Below are positions 37,814 through 49,858 of a stretch of DNA of 64,000 nt, one piece after another (the stretch's first letter is position 1; each line of letters starts with the position of its first letter). The stretch is from positions 27,344,001 through 27,408,000 of the forward strand of contig NC_058368.1 of assembly GCF_018350175.1 (NCBI RefSeq). The letters are read 5' to 3'. Under the pieces are notes generated by a model that ran no database searches, was not told the origin of the DNA, and was given only the letters and a program-made list of their open reading frames with translations. Made by a program: the position numbers and the translations under genes. The DNA comes from Felis catus. Its lineage: Eukaryota.

Positions 37814-38526
37814 GATCGCCACTTTCTCTCTGTCTCCGTCCACATTCCCCCAAAGAACTAAACATCCGGCCTCATCTAGCCAGGATGTTAAGAAAGGTGA
37901 TGCCCGCCCGTGGTGTCGTGGCCTCGGGTTTAACACGCTGTAATGGATTCACGGTGTCACGCAGCAATGCTCTTTTTCTTCATCTCAGGAGAAAACCCCA
38001 GAATGCCCTTTTTCCTCCTCAACTTGAAATTCCAGTCCATGCCTCCCTAATAGATGGGTTTGACCGTGTTAATTCTCTATTTCCTGGGCTTCCTGCCAGA
38101 CTGACTGGCAGGCTCCTGTGTGCTCAGGACCCAGACTGAGTAGGCAGGAATCTCTCTGGGAATCTCTTCTAGCATCTTCCCCTGTCTGTGTCCGACACTA
38201 ACTGCTCCTCCCTCTGGCTTTGTCTTGCTCTTGTGGGTGTCCTGAGAGCCCGAATCACTTACTACATTCCCTCTGTTGTAATTTTTCAGTCCAGAGCCCA
38301 GACTCATCAATTCTACCCTAGCTTTTAGTATTTCAAAGCAACAGGAACCAGCCAGGGTGGGGGAAGTCAACTATTTCATTTGTTACGTGCCTTAGAACAT
38401 CTTTTATGAGCTCTTCATAGAGGATATGGAAAAGATGTTATCCCTTAAAGGAAAATCAAATTTCCTCTGAACCCTACAGAGTCAGGCTCTATGATGAGCC
38501 CAGATAACATTAAAAACAAAAAATTG

Positions 38527-38758
38527 AGGGCGCCTGGGTGGCGCAGCCGGTTGAGCGTCTGACTTCAGCCAGGTCACGATCTCGAGGTCCGGGAGTTCGA
38601 GCCCCGCATCAGGCTCTGGACTGATGGCTCAGAGCCTGGAGCCTGTTTCCGATTCTGTGTCTCCCTCTCTCTCTGCCCCTCCCCCGTTCATGCTCTGTCT
38701 CTCTCTGTCCCAAAAATAAATAAACGTTGAAAAAAAAATTTTTTAAAACAAAAAAAAG
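38527..38758 (+). mobile_element. CAN-SINE (young felid type)
   Basis: gggcgcctgggtggcgcag…cccaaaaataaataaacgttg; TSD aaaaacaaaaaattga. Confidence 0.95.
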
Positions 38759-39420
38759 AAAAACAAAAAATTGAGCTTGAAGATTTGTTTGAGGTGCTCT
38801 ATTTAGGCAAAGCTACTGCCTATAAGGACTTAGCATCTCCAGACATTTGCAACACTAAATAAATGGATTGAAGGCTGTTTCACAGCTATTTAGCTGGAAC
38901 ACAACATGAAGGACTGAGGAAGTAGGTAGTCAGGGGACAAGGAAGAGAAAGGTCTGGGCTTGTGCTCCTTGGAGGAGCCTAACCTCCGTCTGCCTTGCTT
39001 CCGAGGCCTTTCCGCCCCGGAACTCAGAATTCAGGAGCCTCGTGCAGCCTGGAAATCTGAGGTTTTGTGCCTGGCACTCTGCTCCCTCCCAGAGAGCTTG
39101 TTTAAATGTGGCCTGTTTCTGGGTGAATGGATGTCCCGTGCCGAGCTTACCTTCCCGAAAACTGAACACGAGTGCTTCTAAAGATAACGTGTCATGATTT
39201 CTATCAGGTGAGAAGTGTGCTCTGAATTCAGCAGATGGCCAAACATTTTGAGGTAGGGGACAGTACTAAAAAAAAAAAAAAAAAAAAAAAAAGTTGTTAC
39301 ATTACTTAGTCTTACGGATTCTTTTAATTCTGAAGAATATATACATGCGTGTGCGTGTGATGCTCGTGTAGTGCCTCTTTATGTGCACACATACAAGATA
39401 ATGAATAATCACTACTGGGA

Positions 39421-39752
39421 TGTTAAATTCTTCCATAAACAAGGGGAACACCAGACGGAGGGGGCCCTGATGTCGTGGTGGTGTCCATCAGCGAACCCAA
39501 ATCCAAGCCTATAAATGCCTAAAAGGTACAAAACTGAAACCTAAGGACAACCAATCGCAGGCAGGCAACTAGATTTTAAGCTGTGACCGATCCACGATTG
39601 CTTTGCTTTGCTTTGCTTCCGCCTTTTTCCTGTGAAAGCCTGTGGCCTGTTCCCGGCTCCTGCCAGTCAGTGGAGGGCTCTTACCATTCGGCACTGCCTA
39701 ATTTGATTGATTTTTGCTCAAATAAACGCTTGCAATTTCTAATCTTTTAACA
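39421..39752 (+). mobile_element. Solo ERV LTR (ERV1, MER34/MER39-like; family uncertain)
   Basis: Termini tgttaaa…tttaaca (TG…CA inverted repeat), ccaat box, tttttgctcaaataaac polyA signal near the 3' end. Confidence 0.65.
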
Positions 39753-40026
39753 AGGGGTTTGCAGCTGCAAAGAATGATTAGCGATTTGATCAAAGCTCTG
39801 TTTATCCTTCCTTATAAGTTCACTTATACCTGCTGGATATATGTCAGGGACTCCTTTATGACATCGAAGACTGACACTCAAGCACAATTATGAGAAAGCA
39901 CTTTTGAGTTTTTCATGATTCTCCAAAACCCTAATTTAGGCAAAACACTTGAAGCATAGAATTTGATGGTGGGTGGAGGGGGGTGGATAGATGTGCAAGG
40001 TGTGAAGGATAGATTTAAATTTTCTG

Positions 40027-40235
40027 GGGGCGCCTGGGTGGCTCAGTCAGTTGAGTGTCTGACTCTTGGTTTCGGCTCGGGTCATGATCTCACGGTTCGT
40101 GAGTTCAAGCCCCATATCGGGCTCCACCCTGACAACATGGAGCCTGCCTGGGATTCTCTCTCTCCCCCCCCTCTCTCTCTGCCCCTCCTCTGCTCTCTCT
40201 GTCTCTCAAAATAAATAAAGTTCAAAAAAATTTTA

Positions 40236-40267
<32 letters not shown>

Positions 40268-40287
40268 AAAGAAAGAAAGAAGAAAAG
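40027..40287 (+). mobile_element. CAN-SINE with (GAAA)n tail
   Basis: SINE head and body; tail expanded as gaaa repeats; TSD aaattttctg. Confidence 0.93.
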
Positions 40288-41159
40288 AAATTTTCTGACT
40301 GAGCTCTTTCTGTTGATAGTACTTCCAAAATGTTTGAGCGTATACCTGACCCAGGCTCACATTTGGCCTTAGAACCAGAAGTCGCTGGCCCACTAGGGTG
40401 GCAAAGGCATGGGCTGGGGTGATTTGAATTTGTTCTTCTGTAAGCTGCTTTTTGGAACAAATGCCAGGGCCGCCTTGTTTACGGTTTATGTCGTCTCTGA
40501 GCTTTTAGGTAGAACTTTAAAGATTGAGTTTAGTGAGTAACTACTTGCAGTTTTATTGGGCAGAGGACCCGTAGTATTAATTACACTGGGGGTGGGGGGG
40601 TGGGTGTTGAGTGGCAGTCAGCTTGCTCTTTGCGTTCCGTGCTGGAGACGACGAAGAGGGTCTGGTCTTTACCTGGGACACCAGTACCAGCGGTCATCCT
40701 GATTTATGATTTTGCAAATCTGCTGCCTTTGAATCACATTCATTAAGCCCTACTCTTTGAGGTGGTTTTTCCCTAATGATGATGGATTCCTGCTGATCCA
40801 AGCACTCTTTCCGAGTCCTTTCGTGTGCCCAAGAACTTTCATTTGCAAGACATATGGCTGGTTCCCGGGCGGTCTCTGCAGAAATGAGGGAAGGAAACTG
40901 AGCCATGGAGAAACCTTGAGAGCGTTTTTCAAACCTAATCGGAGTTACAAGGTTTTTTTTATTTTTATTTGGGGCGGGGGGGGGGGGTTCTTTACTATTT
41001 GGTATTATTTGCAGAGAAAGTACAAAACTTATTAAGAAGTATAGAGTTCGTCACATTTAGTTTTGCTTTTAATCAGTTACCCCATTGAAAAGAATACAAC
41101 TGCATGAAATTGCATTAAATTGAGAAAATTTAAGACGCGTCTCTGAGTCGTGACTTCTT

Positions 41160-41870
41160 TCTGAACCCCCCACCTGTATTTCAGCTCCATCTGGATGACC
41201 TTCAGGCATGTCAAATTCAGTGTGTTCCAAGCAGGTCCCTTATGTTCTCTCTCCCACCTCCCCCTGGGCTTGTCCTCCTGGTTGCTGAGGTGTCTCCCAA
41301 GCCTGAGGCATGCAAGTCTCCCCCCTCCTTCCTCATAGCAATTCAGCCACCTGTCCAATCAGCTTGCCCCATCATATGACTCCTTGCTCCTGCCTCTGTT
41401 TCACTGTTCTGCCTTCACTCAAGCCTTCGTCATTTCTCCCAAACAAACCCTACTCAGATATGCCTCCTCAGGTTACAGTGTAAAGTTCACCACCTGGCTT
41501 AGCATCCACTGTCCTTCTTGACCCATCCTCACTTAGCACTCGCCCTAGCCTTTGAAGTGAGGAGCAAGCATTGACTCATCGTGTAAGACCTTGTGACAAT
41601 GTTGTCTCCTTTGGGGGTGTTCCCTGACTGTACCTACCGGGTTAGTTACTGTGGCCCCGGTTACTTACTATGTCCCCGTACCGTCATCCATACCGCTCTT
41701 GCATAGGATAATTATCTGCTTATCTTCCTCTCTCCCTAGAGACTGATCCCATCAGGGGCAAGGGCTGTCTTAATCATATATTTCTAGCAATCAGTGAAGT
41801 GCTTGGTAGGTAACTAGAGGATCTCAGATGTTTGCTGAATAAATGAATGGGTGGATGAATGAATTGAACG
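41160..41870 (+). mobile_element. L2 LINE 3' region
   Basis: catctggatgaccttcaggcatgtcaaattcag…; ends gatgtttgctgaataaatgaatg…gaatgaa, the typical L2 tail. Confidence 0.65.
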
Positions 41871-42229
41871 TATGCCCCGGGATATGGTAACAACATGTTC
41901 TAGATAACTGAGATACTTAGCCTCAAATAGGAAATATCTGCAGTGGTACATGGCTTGAGTAGATATTAGAGGATCTATTTTTACCCTTGAACCTGTGCAG
42001 TATTCAGCCATTGGGTCTGTCTTCTAAGCGTTTTCCCTTCTTTATGCTTCCATGGGTATTGCTGGCCTCTCTTACCTTCCCCCTACTCTATACACACATA
42101 TGTGATCATTTTCTCTCTAGTGTATCCCCTTTATTAACAGCCTTTCTTGATTCATGGCAGAATTTTGACTATCACCACCAAAATACTTGGCCTCAACCCT
42201 TACTGCCCCTTCCCCTCTGGATAACACAG

Positions 42230-42235
42230 TTCTTT

Positions 42236-42283
<48 letters not shown>

Positions 42284-42543
42284 TTCTTTTCTTTCTTTCT
42301 TTTCTTTCTTTCTTTTCTTTCTTTCTTTCTTTTCTTTCTTTTCTTTCTTTCTTCTTTCTTTCTTTCATGTTTATTTATTTAGAGAGAGAGTGCAAGCACA
42401 GGGAGGGGCAGAGAAAGAATCCTAAGCAGGCTCCACATTCATCGTGGAGCCCAATGTGGGGCTCGATCCCATGACCCTGGGATCATGACCTGGGCTGAAA
42501 TCAAGAGTCGGATGCTCAATCGACCGAGCCACTCAGGTGCCCC
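42230..42543 (-). mobile_element. CAN-SINE (older, shorter type) with ~135 bp (TTTC)n tail expansion
   Basis: (tttc)n 42230-42366, then reverse-complement SINE ending caggtgcccc. Confidence 0.92.
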
Positions 42544-44438
42544 TCTGTTCTCACTCCTCTAAATGATGCCTCTTAAACAGCTCTACTCTGTGGGGTCATA
42601 TACTCTTTTAACAGTCCCATGATTCCCACCCCTGAAATCTCGCCTGATGGTGCATTTCACCACTGCAGATTGGGCTGACTACTCTGTGTTGCCCAAGCAA
42701 AAGGAAGCTGAAATTCCCCCACGACCTCAGCCCACATGCAGACAAAACAACAGGAAGCCCAGGCAGTGAGGCTGAACCAGCTCCTCTCCACCTGCCATGC
42801 TGCAGTGGAGCCAAGCAGAGCCCGGGGAGGTGGCGGTCAGGCGAAAGTCAGCACCTAGAGCAGCACAGTGTGGCTAGTCTGGCAGCGTGACTTCCTCCAG
42901 ACGAGGTCGGGGAAGGGAGCCGCATGCGCCCCTGGCGAACGTGAGCTAAGGTGATAGCACCTCCTCCTGGTAAAGTTGAGTGCACCAAGTTCATCATGTG
43001 ACGTGATGATAAAATTTGGTAAAGAAGGAGATTTGGAGTTGGGATTCTCTCTCGAGAGAAAAGGGGGACATAAAAGCCTCTGTGAAAATTACCCATTGAT
43101 TGGGAAGTGGTTGCTCATGAGCGTTGGAAGATATTGACAATGTGGTAAGTGAACAGCGTCTACTTTCTTTCTCTGCTCCATCATATACTTACTTATTCTG
43201 TGTGACAATTTTTTAAGTTGTGGCACCAGGTGTTGTTCTGTGGGGATTACTCCATTACTCTTTGCCATACTTTGGACACCTGGAAGATTTGGAAGAGCTT
43301 TGATGCCCTTTTTTTTATAATAGAGCCTTGGGAATCACTTAAGAAGGATTTATGTTAGAGTTTTAGCATCCATGAGAAGGTAATTCTAACTGGGCCTTCC
43401 TAACTAAATATTCAGAAATTCAGGTTTAATCATATGGTTAATTCAGCGCTATAACTTCCTTAATCCCATGCTTACTAGATCGATAACTGTTTAAGAAAGA
43501 TTGGATCTGCAGTTGGTTGGCCCCACCCCTAATAGCTATCTAGCTTTGTTCAGGGCCCCACACGTTTATCATTCCAATAGGACTTTGCCTGGGAACCAAA
43601 AAAATGCTAAATGAAGCCAAAGTGAGAGAGTTAGAACTTCATGGGGTGTGGGAGGGCAGCCTTAGGAAAGTGAAAATGGCAGAACAGAATGGTATGTGGT
43701 CTTGATGAACTACTAGGGAGCAGGACGTCAGGCCGTGTTGAAATGAGATCTGCATGCCTGTGCGGCTGGTTGGGTGAGCCTTGGTCTGTCTTGAGGTGGA
43801 GACCATTGCTCCTGTTCCCTGCCAGAGGGCTGGAGGGCTGGCTGCAGAGGGTGCAGGGTGGGGGTGGGTGGGTAGAGGGGAGAAAGGAGCCAAGGAGTAA
43901 AAACGGCCCTTGAGATTGAGGGGTGATATGAAACACCTATTCGTTGCCCCAGCTTGGAACTTGGACCCGGTAATGTCTTCAGAGGACTGCAGTTGAGTCC
44001 TTGAGATGGAGACCAAAAGAGAAAAAGATGTATGTCTGGCTCTCCCTCATTCAGCCGCCTCGCCCCGGCTTCACTTCTAAGCCCCCAACCCAGGCATCTG
44101 TATGCCAACACTAGATCTATATCCATAGATCTAGGTATGTAGACATACCAAGTCACGGTTTTAAATGAAAGCTGCAGAATCTTGGAAGCGGATGCCCATG
44201 AGCTCTACCCAGTTGTATTTTAGAATTTGTTTTAACCTAAAGTTGTGGAGACAGACTTGAAGGGAGACATCCCCAGCCTTGCTAAAATGTAAGTACAAAA
44301 AGGCACAAATTGGATGGATATCGATGATGTTATTTCTACTATGACATCATCCATAGACTCCTAGTGTCTTTGCTTTGCTTCCCTATAGTGATCACAACAT
44401 AAATTACTTGTCTTGTTTGACTTCCTTGTTCACCAAAG

Positions 44439-44545
44439 TTGAGCAGATTGTGGCCGTTTTCAACGCTTCTACCAGACAAAAAGCTTGGGACCATTTCTCG
44501 AAAGCTCAGCGCAAGAACATAGACATTTGGCGAAAGCATTCTGAG
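44439..44545 (+). CDS. ENOX1: ENOX1 coding exon E (107 nt, phase 1-0): FEQIVAVFNASTRQKAWDHFSKAQRKNIDIWRKHSE
   Basis: Acceptor caccaaag|TT at 44438/44439 (AAG type); donor GAG|gttggt at 44545/44546; frame continues from exon D. Confidence 0.93.
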
Positions 44546-44873
44546 GTTGGTGATTTTATTATTACTTTTTAACCACCATCACACAGCTGGATTGGCAGAG
44601 AATAGTGTGGCTGCAGCCATTTCGGTTTTTGTCATAGCGGGCAGCTGTCCTGCCATTGTCCTGTCGCATTGTCAGCTCTAAATCCAGCTCAGATGTGTGC
44701 CTTATCCAGAAAAGCAGCTGACTTAATGCTTAGAAAACAGAGTGCTTTTCTCCCCCTGCAAAGGAAGAAAGGCATCTCTGCCATTGATAGCAAAGAGCTC
44801 GGAAAAAAAGCCAAGACGTGTTGCTTGCGTATTCTGAAGAAAGGTGTAATGTAAAACAGAAGACTAGCTTTTA

Positions 44874-45096
44874 TTTTTTTTAAATTTTTTTTTCAACGTT
44901 TATTTATTTTTGGGACAGAGAGAGACAGAGCATGAACGGGGAGGGGCAGAGAGAGAGGGAGACACAGAATCGGAAACAGGCTCCAGGCTCCGAGCCATCA
45001 GCCCAGAGCCTGACGCGGGGCTCGAACTCACGGACCGCGAGATCGTGACCTGAGCTGAAGTCGGACGCTTAACCGACTGCGCCACCCAGGCACCCC
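44874..45096 (-). mobile_element. CAN-SINE (very young felid type)
   Basis: Perfect 14-bp TSD aagactagctttta (44860-44873 / 45097-45110). Confidence 0.96.
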
Positions 45097-48000
45097 AAGA
45101 CTAGCTTTTAAATAAATACAGAGGGTTGGGTTTTTTTTTTCAGTGTTCTGCAACTGATGGTGATGGTTTGCTCTTTGGGCTAGAAATGGCTAGCATGCCT
45201 TTCTTCTGTGCCTTCTCTTTGTAAACGATGCCTTAGTGCCCTATGCTGGCCGGCCAATTATATAGCCGGTCTCCCCAGGGCACCTTTCCCCAGGGGAGTG
45301 AATGTCTAGGCTAGCCAGGTCCACCCTTCCGCATCAGTGCTTGACGTGTGAGTATCTACCCCAAGGAAAGAGGCCAGAACTTGACCTTTCTCACCACCTA
45401 GAAGGATCAGAATGTGTCATTAGTCATTGGTCGTCCAGCTGTTCTTTTTAACTCCACAGTGTAGCGTACGCTTTGAACCTGTAATTTAAAAGTAAGTATG
45501 CTATCTTTGCTTCTTCTGCTGCTGCTGCTTTTTTTAACGAGAGAATGTTTTCCATGTGGATGCCTCTCTATCACTAGCATGTTAGCACTAAAGTTCTCTA
45601 AATGATACTCCCCTCTTTCAAAATCTCAAAACTTCTAGAAGGTAAGGTTGGTTTATGCAACGATTTGGGCTCACACTTGTAAAATAAGTGTTTTCTGTAG
45701 AGTTTGAGGAACCACCAAGCACTATGATATCAATCATTTGGGTAGCATTTTAAGTGCCCATTAACTAATGCTAAATTACAGCTAAATACCAATGGCACGA
45801 GATCTAACATCCACATGAATACCAAATGAATTCTTTATTATCACTGTTATTATGGCCAATCCTGAATGACTTCACAATAATGGGACACTTAACATGCTGG
45901 TGCGATTTATTGTTAAGAAGGCCATTTTTTGTTTTCTTCACAAAGACTTAAGAAGGTGGCTGGTGACTGATGTAGTTCCCTTCCTCTGTTCAGGATTTTG
46001 AGTAAGGAGGAAGTGGGCTTTCTCTTTAATTTTTCAGGAGCCAGAAAAACAAAGGGCGCTTACCTGCTGCTCGTCCAGACACTGAATCGCGAGCTGAGTC
46101 AAGGCTGATTTTCGGGAGGAGAGAGTCCTCGTTTGTGATGAAACAGACAGATTGAGGGCTATGCAAACACAAATTGAAATCCATAAACTATGATTCAGAT
46201 TTGGGAGTGACTAGTCTATGAATTGTTCACGTATACATCTGTGTACATTCTTTTCCTTCACATAAAAACCACACATGACTAACAGAAACGTTAAGAGAAA
46301 GACAAGCAACATGACGCTAAATAATCTGGGCATGAAAAGGCTGTCATTACTACGTGAGTGTTAGCAAATATCGGTTATTGATCCAAATCACGCTTCCCAC
46401 ATGCCTGCTCCCCCTGCCCACTCCCACCCCCAGCCCTGCCTCCCTGATGGTCCTGCTACTGAGCAGGGCACACAAAGACTTCCAGCTTTGTTCCAAGGAA
46501 GACCGCTTGCTTCGCTCAGTACACACAGAGAGGCAGACATGGATGCACGCAGTCCTGAAAGGTGCTCCCGCAGAGGGGCTTTGCGCCTCCCTGCCACTCC
46601 TCCCACCTCTTTTGATATACTAGGAAATAGAATTCTAAATTACCTTTGATTTTCTCCCCTCCATGTCGCTTAATTGATTAAATACCAGTTGGTAATTTAA
46701 CATTGTGGATGATTTCTCTGTTGCGTAGAAGCTTGATAATTGGCTTGATTTTTTCTGCGTTCCCATGTACAGCATCTGTTAATTATCTGCAACACCTTTA
46801 CAGATTTATGAGAGTGCACTAGTGATTTACTGCTGAACCAGGGGCACCCTGTGGAAACACCCTCAGGTTTTTTTTCCCCTCCCCAATTTTTTTTTTCTTG
46901 CCAACACCCTTCCCCGCAAGAACCGCTACAGTATGACAATCTGTCATTAATTGTAGGGACTAAACCACAGGCCCTTTCGGCCTCATTTATTCTTTCCACC
47001 TGACTTTTCCTTGTTTCAAGTATTTTCAAACCACCTCTTTGGGAGCCGGGTTCTTTGTCCGCGGAAAAATCAGCTGTACACAACCTAAACGCTTCCCCAC
47101 TAATCACATGTGACATATGCCTCCAAGACCCACTGGTGTTATTTAAGGTGGAATTGGTGCCTCTTTCTACTGGGGGTCATGGCCAAGTGAGGAGGCATTG
47201 CCCATCACCCCGGTGACCTCTGAAGACTCCCTGTGATGGGTATCCCTTTCCCAGGAACCTTGACGCTCTGCCCCCTCCCGTTTCCCTGTCCTTTGCAGTG
47301 GTGATTCCCAGGGCTCAGAGCTGACCATGCAAATACTGTTAGCGGTAAATAATTTCCTTTTTTTCTGCCCTACTACCAAACTTACAATCTGTGAGCTCAG
47401 GAGGAGAGGAGAAATCAGAGAACCTATCACACAATAAAATATCACATCCATCAAATGGGCACTAGAAATTTGTTTAAAATCGTGCCATTAATACATTAGG
47501 CGTTATAATTTATTTTTATTGTTATTCATAGGTTCATGATAAAGCAAAACTATCTTAACTATGTGGTTTTTATTTAGAGACTTCAATTTCAATGGGGGGG
47601 AAAGAATAATGCAGTCATTTCATTGTTGTTTTGAGGACAGTACATGTAAGAGAATAGAATTGGTAAGGATTCACGAACATAGGCTATTCAGCTTAGTACA
47701 AAATAATAGAATTACTTACCATAAACAATTGTAGTGTCCTGACTTCTAGGCAAGGTAGTGCCTGAAAACACATCAGAAATGTGTTTTGATTCTTTCCTTT
47801 TTACGGCGTGCTTTCACATATACTCTTGCATTCAAGCAGCCTTGTATTACTGTTGCCCGTTTTATAAAATGTGAGGAGACAAAGACTCAAAGAAAGTAAA
47901 TGCCTTTGACTGCAGTCACTCCTCTAGTAAGTAGAGAAAGTAAGACATGATCCTAAGATCTTTAAGTGATGTCAAAACAACCAACACAACAGAAACACTA

Positions 48001-48384
48001 AACCCCTACATGATAATGTGAAACGCCAAAAAGGTATCTGTTTTCATTGGTCCTCCAGCATCTTTTGAAATGTGCCATTTGGATACCTGAATAGTGAGTG
48101 TGTGTATGTGTGTGTGTGCGTGTGTGATCACGCACAGGCACATACACACATGCAGGGGCACCGTTTTGCGTGAAGGGTAGTAGTTGTCCACATTATCAAC
48201 TTAGCAAACCAAGCGTTTGGCACGACAGTAAGGAGCTTTATAGGCATTCACTTATTTCCTCCTCAAAACTATTATCATCAACAGAATTCCAATAAGTAAA
48301 TCAAGGTCAAGAGAGATGAGGAAACATTCGTGAATTGACACGGTGGTCGACCAGGCCTTTCATAAATGCCACCGTGCACGTATC

Positions 48385-48560
48385 TTATCGTTAGCTCTGA
48401 GCCACCGCTGTGCCAGTCATGACGATGGGCATTTCTGTGGAATCCTCCTAGGTGATGTTATCATCCCCTTTTTTGGCAGATGAGGAAATTGAGACTCAAG
48501 AGATTAAATAATTTGCCGAAGGCCCCTTGACTAGTCTTTATCCCTGGATCTTTCCGCTCC
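48385..48560 (-). mobile_element. MIR fragment
   Basis: ttatcatcccc…cagatgaggaaattgagactcaagagattaaataatttgcc. Confidence 0.7.
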
Positions 48561-48729
48561 CCATACGCTCAGACCTTCATTCTAGATGACGCAGGGCAGT
48601 GGTTGGGAGGCGTAAAAGCTTCAGATTCTAAGCGTTCGTATGGGCATCCCAGTACACCAAAAGACCATTGAGGAAAGGTAGGTTGACATGTGTGCGTGAC
48701 TCTAACATCCTCGTACATTCTACTTTCAG

Positions 48730-48847
48730 GAGCTCCGGAACGCTCAAAGCGAGCAGCTTATGGGTATCCGCCGCGAAGAAGAAATGGAAATGTCAGATGA
48801 TGAGAATTGTGACAGCCCGACTAAAAAAATGAGAGTCGATGAATCAG
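48730..48847 (+). CDS. ENOX1: ENOX1 coding exon F (118 nt, phase 0-1): ELRNAQSEQLMGIRREEEMEMSDDENCDSPTKKMRVDES
   Basis: Acceptor tactttcag|GAG at 48729/48730; donor TCAG|gtaagg at 48847/48848. Confidence 0.95.
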
Positions 48848-49858
48848 GTAAGGCTGGGGACTGCCACACACCTGTGAGGCATCCTAATGATCTTCCAGAT
48901 CTCACATGGGGCGTATGTACTAGGAAATGGCCGCATAACTCACTTTTATTTGAGTTATACTAAAGTTTCATCTTTGAGTGACTCTGCCTTTTATTAATAG
49001 AACTTTAAACTCCTTCTGCGGAACACGGTGATTTCAATTGGTCCACTTGTTTCTGTGTCCATATATCTGGGGCTGTTGCACTTTCTTCAGGGATATTTGC
49101 CTATTCCCATAAAAATCCTTTTCCAGAGGGTGGCAGCCACCGCTGATGCTGAGATACAGATAAAATTTGGTCTCAGTCTGTGTGCCTCTTACATGGGAAT
49201 TGTTTAATCCCTAAAGAAGCTTTCTAGCCTCTGAGCCAATGTGCTGGAGAATTAGACATTTTTCCAATAAACGTTCCCTAACCTGTAATCAAAGCGGTGG
49301 CCTCATGTGGTACCAAGAAAGGGGCATCACTCCTGAGTTGGAAAAAGGAGAGAAGCTTAGAGAGAACCTTGCTTTTCGTGCTCCGCCTACACTCAGATGC
49401 TGATTGAAAACTCTCTCCCCGAATTAGATGCAAATCTCTTGGCATTACAGGCAAGAAAGATGCTCAATCAGATATGGGAGACACCAAGGGAGATTGCTTG
49501 CTCGTCCGAGGGGAAGCGTGTTGTCTCAAGGGCCTGGGAAGGACCACAACTGCCACCATTTCCAAAAAAGAAAGAGGAATAGCATGGATTTGACCTGTCT
49601 CCTTCGACGTACCAGTGAATAAATTACTCACCCACCTCAGGCTCTTTGACAGAATCAAGTGGCCAGGAACAGAGGATCTTTGCTAGTGTGTCCGTAGAAG
49701 CCAAAACCAAGACTCCAATACTCAGGCCATCAAGATTGCAAAGTGGTCAGAGTGCTCCCTTTCTCCGGGGTTCAGCGAGGGCCAGGGCCATGAATGATGA
49801 TCACCAGAAAATCCTTTTCTTTTAGGCATACGTAGGAGGGAGTTCAATTTCCCTAGCA

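Larger units (their letters stand above)
8894..48847 (+). other. ENOX1: ENOX1 (ecto-NOX disulfide-thiol exchanger 1) gene, internal portion: six coding exons; gene extends beyond both window ends
   Basis: Exons of 174, 207, 234, 213, 107 and 118 nt with AG/GT boundaries join in frame (phases 1,1,1,1,1,0,1). The peptide matches mammalian ENOX1 as I recall it (…PPPPPTEVAVVKEIIHCKSC…VFVGGLPENATEE…EEEMEMSDDENCDSP). Confidence 0.96.

Noticed and set aside
37461..37943. Six overlapping Y/I/M/C-rich ORFs
   Set aside because: Artefacts of the TA-rich microsatellite, which has no stop codons
22962..45778. Identical 13-mer TAATGCTAAATTA at 22962 and 45766
   Set aside because: Tens of chance 13-mer matches are expected in 64 kb of AT-rich sequence, so it is not evidence on its own
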